The notes beneath the pieces were generated by a model. The model was not told the origin of the DNA. It ran no database searches and was given only the letters and a program-made list of their open reading frames with translations. Positions 55,908 to 64,000 of a stretch of 64,000 nt of DNA are shown here, piece after piece. The DNA is from an uncultured Neomegalonema sp. (GTDB taxonomy: Bacteria > Pseudomonadota > Alphaproteobacteria > Rhodobacterales > Rhodobacteraceae), in the NCBI GenBank assembly GCA_937958625.1, contig CALGNO010000119.1, positions 3,223-67,222 on the forward strand. Reading direction: 5' to 3'. The position numbers were made by a program, and so were the translations under genes. Every line of letters starts with the position of its first letter. The first letter of the stretch is position 1.

Positions 55908-58691
55908 ATGTCGTCGATGAAACGCTCCGATATTGTCGCCAAGCTGAATGCACCGTGCCGCCGGGCACTGGAAAACGCCATGAAGCTGGCGAAGCTGCGC
56001 GGTAATCCCTATGTCGAGCTGGTCCACTGGATCGAACAGATTGCGCGCACCGAAAACGCGGATTTTCAGAGAATCTGCAAACACTTCGGCGTCGACGAAT
56101 CGCATCTGATGGCGGATCTGACCGGTGCGCTCGACCGGTTGCCGCGCGGGGCGAGTTCGATCTCCGATATTTCCGACCATGTCTTCGATGCCATCGAGCG
56201 CGGCTATGCACGCGGGTCGATGAAGTTTGGCGATGACGTGGTGCGCTCGGGCTATGTGCTGGTCGCCGCGCTGCAAACGCCCCGGCTTGAGAACATGCTG
56301 GAGGGCATGTCGGCACAGTTCACCAAGATTGACCGCGACGATCTGGTCGAGGGCTTTGCCGGCATCACCAAAGGCTCGGTCGAAGACCATATCGGGGCCG
56401 TCGGTGCCTCCGCCGGTGCGCCGGGCGAGAGCAGCGGTGCGATGAAGCAAGAGGGTGGAGCCGAGGGCGGCGCGCTTGCCACCTATGCCACCGACATGAC
56501 GGCGCGGGCGAAGTCCGGCGATATGGACCCGATCGTAGGCCGCGATCCCGAAATCCGCCAGATCGTCAATATTCTCATGCGCCGTCGACAGAACAACCCG
56601 ATCCTGACCGGCGAGGCAGGCGTCGGCAAGACGGCGGTGGTCGAGGGCTTCGCCCAGCGTCTCGCGCGCGGCGACGTGCCTCCGCAGTTGAAGGATGTGT
56701 CGCTCTGGATGCTCGACATCGGCCTGCTGCAAGCGGGCGCGAGCATGAAGGGCGAGTTCGAGAACCGCCTGCGTCAGGTGATTGACGAGGTCCAAGGCTC
56801 TGAAAAACCCATCATCCTCTTCATCGACGAGGCCCACACCCTGATCGGGGCGGGCGGCGCGGCGGGCACCGGCGATGCTGCCAATCTGCTTAAGCCTGCT
56901 CTGGCGCGGGGCGAGTTGCGCACGGTCGCGGCGACGACTTGGGCGGAATACAAGAAACACATCGAGAAAGACCCGGCCCTTACCCGCCGTTTCGAGGTGG
57001 TGAAGGTCGAGGAACCCTCCGAAGAAAAAGCCCTGCTGATGATGCGGGGCATGGCTTCGGTGCTCGAAAAACATCACCGGATCCAGATTCTCGACGAGGC
57101 GCTCGAGGCGTCGGTGCAACTCTCGGCGCGCTACATCCCCGCGCGGCAGTTGCCCGATAAATCCATCTCCCTGCTCGATACCGCCTGTGCCCGCGTCGCG
57201 GTCAGTCAACACGCGGTTCCGGCGGAAGTCGAAGACCTGCGCCGCAAGATTGACGCGCTGGTGATCGAGACCGACATCGTGAAACGTGAAACAGCGGTGG
57301 GCGTCGATTCCGGCGAGCGCGGTGAAGAGATTGCTGCTGAACTGGCCGAGGCTCGCGAGGCGCTGGTCGAGGTCGAGGCGCGCTGGGAGAAAGAACAGGC
57401 GCTCGTCACCAACATCCTCGACATCCGCGCGAAACTGCGCGGCGATGCGGCCCCGGTCGAGGGCACCGGGTCTGAACTCGAAGAGGATACCGAAGCCGCA
57501 GTGGCGGAGCAGGCCGATGAGGCTGCGAGCGATGCCGCCGAGTCGAATGGTCCTGCGCCCGAAGAAACGCCGGATACCTCAGCGGGTCTCAGCGATGAAG
57601 AGCGTGCGTCCCTGCGCGAAGAACTCGATGGCGAGTTGGCCAAACTGACCGAATTGCAAGGCCAGAACCCGCTGATCCTGCCGACGGTCGACCGTCAGGC
57701 CGTTGCCGTCGTGGTCGAAGACTGGACCGGCATTCCGGTCGGGTCGATGATCTCCGACGAAATCGAGACGATCCTGAACCTGCCCTCCTTCCTGTCGAAG
57801 CGGGTGGTCGGGCAGGATCACGCGATGGAGATGATCTCCAAGCGCATCCAGACCAGCCGTGCGGGCCTCGATGCGCCGGAAAAACCCATCGGCGTCTTTA
57901 TGCTCTGCGGTCCGTCCGGTGTCGGTAAGACCGAGACCGCCCTGACATTGGCCGAGGCGCTCTATGGCGGCGAGCAGAACCTTATCACCATCAACATGAG
58001 CGAATTTCAGGAGGCGCATACCGTCTCGACCCTGAAAGGCGCGCCTCCGGGCTATGTCGGCTACGGCGAGGGCGGGGTGCTGACCGAGGCTGTGCGGCGG
58101 CGGCCCTATTCGGTCGTGCTGCTGGATGAGGTGGAAAAGGCCCACCCGGACGTGCATGAAATCTTTTTCCAGGTCTTCGACAAGGGCGTCATGGAAGATG
58201 GCGAGGGACGGCGCATCGACTTCCGCAACACGCTTATCCTGCTGACCTCGAATGTCGGCTCCGACCTGATCCTGAAGATGTGCGAAGACCCTGAACTCGC
58301 GCCTGAACCCGAGGCGATTGCCAAGGCGCTGCGGCCCGAACAGTTGGAGACTTTCCCGGCGGCGTTGCTGGGCCGTCTGGTGACGATCCCCTACTTCCCG
58401 CTGTCGGATTCGATGATCGACATGATCGCCGGATTGCAACTGCGCAAAATCCAGCGCCGGGTCCGCGACAACCACGATGCCGAGCTGACCTACGACGATG
58501 GCGTCCTCGACCTGATCCGCTCCCGCTGTACCGAACTGGCGTCGGGCGGGCGCATGATCGATACGATCCTGACCAACACCATGTTGCCCGCCATCTCCCG
58601 CGAGGTGCTGGGCCGCATGGCGGAAGGCGAGCCGCTCTCGTCGATTGCGGTCACCGTCGAAGACGGCGAATTCGCGTATCAGGTGAGTTGA
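55908..58691 (+). CDS. clpV: T6SS AAA+ ATPase ClpV (TssH)
   Basis: 927 aa. Clp N-domain and two AAA+ modules (GEAGVGKTA...LFIDEAHTL; GPSGVGKTE...[10 protein letters not shown]). Confidence 0.95.
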   Translation: MSSMKRSDIVAKLNAPCRRALENAMKLAKLRGNPYVELVHWIEQIARTENADFQRICKHFGVDESHLMADLTGALDRLPRGASSISDISDHVFDAIERGYARGSMKFGDDVVRSGYVLVAALQTPRLENMLEGMSAQFTKIDRDDLVEGFAGITKGSVEDHIGAVGASAGAPGESSGAMKQEGGAEGGALATYATDMTARAKSGDMDPIVGRDPEIRQIVNILMRRRQNNPILTGEAGVGKTAVVEGFAQRLARGDVPPQLKDVSLWMLDIGLLQAGASMKGEFENRLRQVIDEVQGSEKPIILFIDEAHTLIGAGGAAGTGDAANLLKPALARGELRTVAATTWAEYKKHIEKDPALTRRFEVVKVEEPSEEKALLMMRGMASVLEKHHRIQILDEALEASVQLSARYIPARQLPDKSISLLDTACARVAVSQHAVPAEVEDLRRKIDALVIETDIVKRETAVGVDSGERGEEIAAELAEAREALVEVEARWEKEQALVTNILDIRAKLRGDAAPVEGTGSELEEDTEAAVAEQADEAASDAAESNGPAPEETPDTSAGLSDEERASLREELDGELAKLTELQGQNPLILPTVDRQAVAVVVEDWTGIPVGSMISDEIETILNLPSFLSKRVVGQDHAMEMISKRIQTSRAGLDAPEKPIGVFMLCGPSGVGKTETALTLAEALYGGEQNLITINMSEFQEAHTVSTLKGAPPGYVGYGEGGVLTEAVRRRPYSVVLLDEVEKAHPDVHEIFFQVFDKGVMEDGEGRRIDFRNTLILLTSNVGSDLILKMCEDPELAPEPEAIAKALRPEQLETFPAALLGRLVTIPYFPLSDSMIDMIAGLQLRKIQRRVRDNHDAELTYDDGVLDLIRSRCTELASGGRMIDTILTNTMLPAISREVLGRMAEGEPLSSIAVTVEDGEFAYQVS

Positions 58692-58695
58692 CGCT

Positions 58696-58732
58696 ATTGT
58701 ACCCTGCCGATACTCGAACGGTAGGGTACAAT
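58696..58732. terminator. 10-bp perfect inverted repeat after clpV (terminator or operator)
   Basis: ATTGTACCCT (58696-58705) and AGGGTACAAT (58723-58732) with a 17-nt loop, extendable to 13 of 15 bp. Begins 5 nt after the clpV stop. Confidence 0.35.
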
Positions 58733-58779
58733 TGTATTTCAGGTGTTGTGTGAAGTTCTCGAAAACCAATCTCGACCGG

Positions 58780-59079
58780 ATGGCTGACCAGCGTGTCGAA
58801 AGGTTCTATCTTCGCCTCGCCGAGTATCTGCGCCAGAATGTACCCGAGGCCAAACCGATGACGCAGCATGAGTTGATTGCCCATGTGCGAGAGGCTTCGC
58901 GTGTCGCGCGCGACCATGGCTTCCGCTGTGAACAGGCGCTCGCGTTCTGGTCTGAAGTCAGTCTACGCGAAGGGAGCGGTGTGTGGTTCGATTCCGCGAT
59001 ACAGCCAGCTCTGAAGGATCGCGAGGCTGCCGAAGCTGATCGCGTCACCCGCGCCATTGATGCCCTGGAGGCAGCTTGA
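58780..59079 (+). CDS. Hypothetical helical protein (99 aa), first gene of the post-clpV module
   Basis: ATG 58780 (MADQRVERFYLRLAEYL...). Its stop overlaps the next start (TGATG at 59077-59081). Confidence 0.5.
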   Translation: MADQRVERFYLRLAEYLRQNVPEAKPMTQHELIAHVREASRVARDHGFRCEQALAFWSEVSLREGSGVWFDSAIQPALKDREAAEADRVTRAIDALEAA

Positions 59080-59696
59080 TGGGCATTTTCGGTGACGCAT
59101 GGGACCGGATTACCGGTATTTTCTCGTCCGATCCGCCGGAAGAGGTGGTGGGTGCGTGCCCCGATGCCATCTCGCCAGAGGCGGCGCAGGCGTTGTTCGA
59201 TGATATGGCGGCGCAGGTCGATATCCCGTTCGATTACCCGCCCGATTGCTGCTATGCCCGCGCGCAGCGCATGGCACAGCTGATGTCTGACCGCGGCATC
59301 GCGAGTAAGAAAGCCTGGGTCTATGGCAGTCTAACCCCCGTTACCTCCAGCGGCGATCCGGTTCGGTTTCCGCCGACCCCGTCCGGCGATGTCGTGACCT
59401 GGGGCTATCACGTTGCCCCGACGGTTAGTGTTCGGCAGCCAGACGGCTCTTGCCGCGATATGGTAATCGATCCGTCCCTGCGCGATCGTCCGCTGACAAT
59501 CTCCGAATGGGAGGAAACCATGGGGGGTGGCAGCATGTCGAGGCTGACCCCGAGCGATACATATCTTTATCGCCCGGACGCCGGATATCCGCCACTGACC
59601 CAGGATGAAACCACCGACCTGCTCGGCGCGGATTCGGGGATGCGCGGTGCCTTCGCCGCGCATGTCGATACGCGCGATTCCGTTCTGGGACGATGA
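59079..59696 (+). CDS. Protein-glutaminase-like (papain/transglutaminase-fold Cys-His-Asp deamidase) protein; candidate T6SS effector
   Basis: PDCCYARAQRMAQLM...KKAWVYGSL...VVTWGYHVAPTVSV...MVIDPSL...YLYR. Order and spacing match the catalytic Cys, His and Asp segments of Chryseobacterium protein-glutaminase as I recall them (DGCYARAHKMRQIL...FVYGNL...WSYHVA...IIDPSLF). No signal peptide. Confidence 0.65.
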   Translation: MGIFGDAWDRITGIFSSDPPEEVVGACPDAISPEAAQALFDDMAAQVDIPFDYPPDCCYARAQRMAQLMSDRGIASKKAWVYGSLTPVTSSGDPVRFPPTPSGDVVTWGYHVAPTVSVRQPDGSCRDMVIDPSLRDRPLTISEWEETMGGGSMSRLTPSDTYLYRPDAGYPPLTQDETTDLLGADSGMRGAFAAHVDTRDSVLGR

Positions 59697-60265
59697 AGGC
59701 GTGGATCATTTGCGGTCTTGCTGCGATTGGCATTGCCCTGTCGGTGTTGGTTCTTGGACCGTCCACGACAATGCAGCCCAAAGAGGATAATGCGATGACG
59801 GCACAGTTGAAATACGTCAAAGATTTCACCGTCGATGAGCAAGGCGAAAGCGCCGTCGTCACCTTCGAGGATGGTCAAAGCGTCACCTTGGTCAACGGCC
59901 AGGACGGTGTCGATCTGCAACGCAAGCGCGCGTGGCTCGAAGCTGATCTGGCCCGGGGCGCGCCGGTGGCGTATTTTCCGGAGGAGAGCGGTGTCATGCC
60001 CGCTACAGTCACTTTCGGCGTTGAAATACGCGACGCCGGGCCTGACCGGGCGGGCGCAATGGCTGTTTTCGGGTTTCCGCGCCCGTCGCTTATGTATCTG
60101 ATGCCGGAGGTAGAAGGCAGGGATCGCCTCGCAAAACTGATTGAGCAGGCCGCCGAAGAGGGCTCTGCCGCAGTCTTCGCAATCAGAGGCGCCTTCGAGA
60201 TCGAAGATGTCTTGCTTATCAGCCGCGAGGCCGCCGGTGCGATGAAGGGTGTCGAAGCGCGATAG
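59693..60265 (+). CDS. Membrane-anchored or secreted hypothetical protein; candidate cognate immunity protein
   Basis: ATGA overlap with the upstream stop. N-terminal hydrophobic anchor MKAWIICGLAAIGIALSVLVLG, followed by about 165 aa of soluble domain. Confidence 0.55.
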   Translation: MKAWIICGLAAIGIALSVLVLGPSTTMQPKEDNAMTAQLKYVKDFTVDEQGESAVVTFEDGQSVTLVNGQDGVDLQRKRAWLEADLARGAPVAYFPEESGVMPATVTFGVEIRDAGPDRAGAMAVFGFPRPSLMYLMPEVEGRDRLAKLIEQAAEEGSAAVFAIRGAFEIEDVLLISREAAGAMKGVEAR

Positions 60266-60350
60266 GGGGTCGCCGGGGTCTTTCAGACCGAATGGCGCGC
60301 AATTTGCTTTACTGGGTCCATCCTTGTCTAAGATGGGACACCATACAATT

Positions 60351-60695
60351 ATGGCTGAATACCTCTTTTGCATATCGCGGCCCGACCGTGACGGTGTTGT
60401 CGAGATCATGACGTCACGCGATGACCCGCGGCTCGAATCAGCGGCGAGTATCATGCTGCGGCGCAGCCTCGGCATCCACGCTATCGAATGGACCCTGCCG
60501 GTCGTCAGTGGCGACCTGTCCATGGCAGCTTTGAAAAAATCACTGCGCGGCCATCGCCTTCGCGGCAAAAGTCTTGGTTTCCGCTGCGATCCCATGACGG
60601 CACGCGGCGAGGCGATCAAGCTCACGACCCTGCGTCCAGGCAAGGCAAAGGACCAAAAACGCAGTCTGTTCAAGCGGCTGATCCGCGCGGCATAA
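60351..60695 (+). CDS. Hypothetical protein (114 aa)
   Basis: ORF MAEYLFCISRPDRDGVVEIMTSRDDP... with a basic C-terminus. Start is uncertain (60249, 60333 or 60351). No family recognised. Confidence 0.3.
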   Translation: MAEYLFCISRPDRDGVVEIMTSRDDPRLESAASIMLRRSLGIHAIEWTLPVVSGDLSMAALKKSLRGHRLRGKSLGFRCDPMTARGEAIKLTTLRPGKAKDQKRSLFKRLIRAA

Positions 60696-60827
60696 AGGCG
60701 ACACCGGCGACAATATGACAACAGCCGTTGGAACTTTTGCCTTATTCCAGCGTCAGAGCGGTGTCTTCAAAGCGAAATGCGATCAGCGTGATTGCGTTTC
60801 TCTCCAGCCGCCAGAGGTCGTGCCGCC

Positions 60828-61844
60828 ATGTCCCGTGTTTTTTCGATTGCCACCGCCGTTATCGCGCTTCTGCCCCTGTCGGCCCTTGCCCAAGACCTTG
60901 GCGAGTCCGCGGCTCCGCGCCCGGATGAGCGGGGCACCTATACCATCGTGTCCGAGAACGATGTCTTCGTGAACACCGACCGGAACTACACCAACGGGTT
61001 TCGGGCGTCCTATCTGTCGGGCACCACAAGATCGAGCGATGGCCCCGAGGGATGGATTGCTAAGAAAATCTTCGGCGTGCCGGAAACGGCGGCGATTCGG
61101 CGCGGCATTGCCTTCGGCCATTCGATTTTCACGCCTCAGGATATTGTCGAGCCGGGGCCTCTGCCCGATCAGCATCCCTATGCCGCGTGGCTCTATGGCG
61201 AATACAGCGCCGTGATCGAGCGCAAGCATGAGGTTGATCAGGTTGTCCTGCAACTCGGCATTGTCGGCCCCTCCGCCCGGGGTGAGCGTATCCAGAACGA
61301 GGTGCACGCCCTGATCGGTTCCGACGAGGCGGCGGGCTGGGATAACCAGATCGATGACGAGCCGGGCTTCGTGCTTGCCTATGACAAGCGCCTGCGCGCG
61401 CTGGTGAAGATCGGCGATGACGATTTCGGTGCGGACCTGACGCCGAATTTCGGCGCGTCGGTGGGGAATATCCACACCAACGCCCGCGCGGGCATGACCC
61501 TGCGCATCGGCGAAAACCTACGGAATGATTTCGGCCCGCCCCGGGTGCGCCCGTCCCTCGGGGGCGCGGGATATTTCAATCCCATCGACGAATTCAGCTG
61601 GTATCTTTTTGCCGGGGTCGAGGGCAGGGCGGTGGCCCATAACATTTTTCTGGATGGCAGCCTGTTCGATGACGATTCGCCCAGCGTGAAAAAGCGCCCC
61701 TTCGTGGCGGATTTCCAAGGCGGCGCCGTGGTCCAGTATCGAAACGCCCAGCTCGCCTTTACCTATGTCGAGCGGACGGACGAGTTCGATACCCAGGAAG
61801 AGCGTCAGGCCTTTGGGGCGATCAGCTTGTCTTTGAAGTACTGA
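60828..61844 (+). CDS. LpxR family (DUF2219) outer-membrane lipid A deacylase-like protein
   Basis: Signal peptide MSRVFSIATAVIALLPLSALA, then SENDVFVNTDRNYTNGFRASY, the LpxR/DUF2219 signature (ENDxF...DxxYTNG). Confidence 0.75.
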   Translation: MSRVFSIATAVIALLPLSALAQDLGESAAPRPDERGTYTIVSENDVFVNTDRNYTNGFRASYLSGTTRSSDGPEGWIAKKIFGVPETAAIRRGIAFGHSIFTPQDIVEPGPLPDQHPYAAWLYGEYSAVIERKHEVDQVVLQLGIVGPSARGERIQNEVHALIGSDEAAGWDNQIDDEPGFVLAYDKRLRALVKIGDDDFGADLTPNFGASVGNIHTNARAGMTLRIGENLRNDFGPPRVRPSLGGAGYFNPIDEFSWYLFAGVEGRAVAHNIFLDGSLFDDDSPSVKKRPFVADFQGGAVVQYRNAQLAFTYVERTDEFDTQEERQAFGAISLSLKY

Positions 61845-62230
61845 GAATCACGGCAGAGCGAAAAAGCGTTCTCTTTTCAGAGCTTTGCTGAAAGCTACAC
61901 CAGCTATTGCGGGTGTTTAGGTCGGACTGCGTCGGATCGTTGTATCGCGACGGCCCGGTTGCAAATATTCGTTTAAGTTGCTAATGAATATTCAGAACTC
62001 TCTTTATGCATCTTGTTGCGGCATGAGATGGCCTGCTCCCGACTTTCGCGGGTCGCCATGATCGCGAAGTTGACCTTAGCTGGTATGCTGAAGACTTTGC
62101 ACATGTTCAGAACGGTCGCCGACGGTGGCGTGCTTGTGCTGATCGTCACAGCGTTGGTCGACAACATGGTGTACGAAAGAGAAATTCGTCGTTGAATGTG
62201 AATCCTTTAAGCCTCCAGGGGGTAACGAAT

Positions 62231-63148
62231 ATGCGCGTATCAGTATCGCTTTCACTCAGCACGGCACTGTTCGTCGCGGCGGGTATGTCCACCGCGTCGG
62301 CTATGGATGCCAATGAGATCTTCAACCGCCTCAAGGCGCAGGCCAACGATGCACCGACTGCCTTATATCAGGGCGAGTCAGCCACCCGCGGCATGACGAT
62401 GACCTATGGTGCCGACCGCAAGGCGCCGGTGCCCGCCGAGACGGCCCCGGCCCTGCCTTCGGTTCAGGCTGCGCCCGCACGGCCCGGTGTCGTCGATACC
62501 ACGTCCTATGTCACCGTGACCGAGCCCGCATCGGCACCGATGGTTGAGCAGCCCAAGCCTGCCTACACGATCATCAGCGAACCGACGGAGTCCGGCGTGA
62601 CGCCGTTCGAAACCGTGACGGCTCCGGCTGCCCCGCAATATGTGCCGGCCCAGCCCGCCCGGGTTCAGATGGCCCCGATCCAGACCGCTCCGGTGACCCC
62701 GACCTATCAGGCCGAGCCTGCCTATACGGTCGTTGAAACGCCGAAGGCGATTCCTGTGGCAACGCGGGCACCGAGCGCCGACAGCTACAGCCAGGTCGCT
62801 GAAGACAAGCGCGTCGATCTGCGCATCTACTTCGAGTGGAACTCGGCATCGCTCAAGCCCGAGGCCGTACAGCAGCTTTCCGAGCTTTGCAGTGCGATCC
62901 GCCGGGTGGGTGCCTCGCCGGATAACCGCTTCAAGATCATCGGTCACACGGACAAGTCGGGCACGTACGACTACAACCTCTACCTGTCCAATGCCCGTGC
63001 CAAGGAGGTGAAACGTCACCTGGTCGAGTCCTGTGCACTGCCTGCCGAATCGCTTCTCGCGGTCGGTGAAGGTGAGCGCCAGTCTTCGCCCACGACGCCA
63101 TCCAATGCGCCGCAAGAGCGCCGGGTGGAAATTCAGTTCGTCAGCTGA
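62231..63148 (+). CDS. OmpA family protein with Pro-rich linker
   Basis: Signal peptide MRVSVSLSLSTALFVAAGMSTASA, a Pro/Ala/Thr-rich middle, and a C-terminal OmpA-like domain (IYFEWNSASL...IIGHTDKSGTYDYNLYLSNARAKEV...RRVEIQF). Confidence 0.85.
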   Translation: MRVSVSLSLSTALFVAAGMSTASAMDANEIFNRLKAQANDAPTALYQGESATRGMTMTYGADRKAPVPAETAPALPSVQAAPARPGVVDTTSYVTVTEPASAPMVEQPKPAYTIISEPTESGVTPFETVTAPAAPQYVPAQPARVQMAPIQTAPVTPTYQAEPAYTVVETPKAIPVATRAPSADSYSQVAEDKRVDLRIYFEWNSASLKPEAVQQLSELCSAIRRVGASPDNRFKIIGHTDKSGTYDYNLYLSNARAKEVKRHLVESCALPAESLLAVGEGERQSSPTTPSNAPQERRVEIQFVS

Positions 63149-63160
63149 TTAAGTATACAG

Positions 63161-63190
63161 GCCACGCCGCAGCATGATCTGCGGCGTGGC
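63161..63190 (+). terminator. 12-bp perfect stem-loop after the OmpA-family gene
   Basis: GCCACGCCGCAG-CATGAT-CTGCGGCGTGGC, 12 nt after the stop. Only a weak T-tract follows. Confidence 0.5.
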
Positions 63191-63230
63191 TCTGGGATAT
63201 TGAGATTGTAATCGCTGGGGGGTCTAGGCG

Positions 63231-64000
63231 ATGAAGTGGTTATCAGGGCCGGTTGGCCTGCTCGCCTTCCTCGGATCGAGTTCTTTGGCGTTTGCCCAGA
63301 CTGCTCCTGGTCCTGTCGTTGTTCCGCAAAACATTGCCGAAATCTCGGGTATATCAGGAGAATCGCTCGATACTGCCGTCGAGGCGTTGCCGACGGTCAA
63401 TCCTGAAGAATCGGCCTTGCCGAACATCACGATTGAATTCCCGACGCAGCAACCCCCGGCAAACTCGTCGACCCTCAATTTCAGACTTTCCGACATCGCA
63501 ATCGAAGGCCCCGAGGTCGTACCGCGCGAGACTTTGCGCCCGATCTATGCCGATCTCATTGGCACTGAAATTACCCTGCTCAAGGCTTTTGAAGTCCTCG
63601 AACAGATTCAGGCGAAGCATCGGGAGGCAGGCTATGTCTTCACCCGTGTGATCGCCCCGCCCCAGGAAATCGATGCCGGTATCTTCAAGGTTCAGGTGGT
63701 CGAGGCCTTTATCGGCAAGGTCGAGATCGAAGAGCCGGAGGGGCCGGTCGGCGCGCCGATGCCCTTGGTCCGAAAGATTGTCGGGCGCATTGAGGGCGTT
63801 GAAAATCCGAGCTTGCAGGAACTCGAGCGCGTTCTGCTCCTGATCAATGATATTCCCGGCATTACCCAGGCAACCGCTGTCCCGCGTCCCGGCGAGGGCC
63901 TAGGTGCCGTCGATCTTTTCATCAATGTTGTCCGCGACCCGTTCTCGGGTGTGTTCTTCGCCGATAATCGCCAGTCACCGATCCTCGGCCCGCTGATTTT
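63231..64000 (+). CDS. ShlB/FhaC/HecB-family two-partner-secretion transporter (TpsB), N-terminal 256 codons; continues beyond the right edge
   Basis: Not in the ORF track because it has no stop in the window. ATG 63231 and signal peptide MKWLSGPVGLLAFLGSSSLAFA. POTRA-like segment FRLSDIAIEGPEVVPRETLRPIYADLIGTEITL...GYVFTRVIAPPQEIDAGIFKVQVVEAFIGKVEIE. Confidence 0.8.
   Translation, partial: MKWLSGPVGLLAFLGSSSLAFAQTAPGPVVVPQNIAEISGISGESLDTAVEALPTVNPEESALPNITIEFPTQQPPANSSTLNFRLSDIAIEGPEVVPRETLRPIYADLIGTEITLLKAFEVLEQIQAKHREAGYVFTRVIAPPQEIDAGIFKVQVVEAFIGKVEIEEPEGPVGAPMPLVRKIVGRIEGVENPSLQELERVLLLINDIPGITQATAVPRPGEGLGAVDLFINVVRDPFSGVFFADNRQSPILGPLI

Noticed and set aside
59567-60721. 384-aa minus-strand ORF spanning the effector/immunity region
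   Set aside because: The translation is Arg/Ser/Pro-rich nonsense (MSYCRRCRLYAARISRLNRLRFW...). The plus-strand genes it overlaps have start/stop overlaps, a recognisable catalytic motif set and a clean TM anchor.
62013-62195. 60-aa plus-strand ORF (and 61973-62167 on the minus strand) in the AT-rich 386-bp interval upstream of the OmpA-family gene
   Set aside because: There is no RBS, the ORFs overlap each other on both strands, and there are no motifs. More likely this is a promoter/leader region.
1-64000. Search by eye for CRISPR arrays, rRNA/tRNA genes, IS elements, integrases and prophage genes
   Set aside because: I saw no regularly spaced 25-40-bp repeats, no rRNA-like or cloverleaf-compatible segments in the intergenic regions, and no transposase or recombinase-like ORFs. 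A computational scan (tRNAscan-SE, Infernal, ISEScan, CRISPRCasFinder) is still needed to confirm this.

Overview
High-GC (about 65-68% in sampled lines) alphaproteobacterial segment, Rhodobacterales-like by inference from gene content. All family assignments come from reading the translations and from remembered family motifs; no database search was run. I saw no rRNA, tRNA, CRISPR array, transposase or integrase.

Contents from left to right:
- 1-2943 (-): a large RTX-type Ca-binding repeat protein that runs off the left edge and is missing from the ORF track.
- 3203-3796: a small secreted protein with a PEP/VPLPA-CTERM-like tail.
- 4435-6600: malate synthase G.
- 7.2-17.3 kb: a peptide/nickel-type ABC importer. 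Its substrate-binding gene is separated from its ATPase and permease genes by an MFS exporter and a lower-GC three-gene MotA/MotB/HNH cassette (type II Zorya-like). A perfect 20-bp direct repeat brackets that cassette.
- 17.4-21.1 kb: a TRAP transporter (dctMQ and dctP).
- 21.2-23.4 kb: a GNAT acetyltransferase, an M20 peptidase and a small Cys-rich ORF.
- 23.4-24.3 kb: an AT-rich islet carrying one DUF4238 gene.
- 24.4-26.4 kb: a divergent HupE/UreJ and DUF4198 metal-uptake pair.
- 26.4-30.8 kb: a Uma2 nuclease plus an SbcD-like/SbcC-like pair.
- 30.8-60.3 kb: a type VI secretion cluster in two divergent operons. The minus operon is ppkA-tagH-tssK-tssL-tssM-tagF-pppA. The plus operon is vgrG-DUF4123-tssA-tssB-tssC-hcp-tagJ-tssE-tssF-tssG-orf-clpV. 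No tssJ or PAAR gene is recognisable.
- 60.8-64.0 kb: an LpxR-family protein, an OmpA-family protein and a partial ShlB/FhaC-type TpsB transporter that runs off the right edge.

Most interesting observations:
1. A translationally coupled three-gene module just after clpV. Its middle gene looks like a protein-glutaminase-fold (Cys-His-Asp deamidase) T6SS effector, and the next gene looks like a membrane-anchored immunity protein.
2. The Zorya-II-like cassette with att-like direct repeats on the 3' end of an ABC ATPase gene.
3. An unassigned 253-aa ORF between tssG and clpV.
4. A short DUF4123 adaptor coupled to vgrG with no adjacent effector.
5. The DUF4238 single-gene islet.
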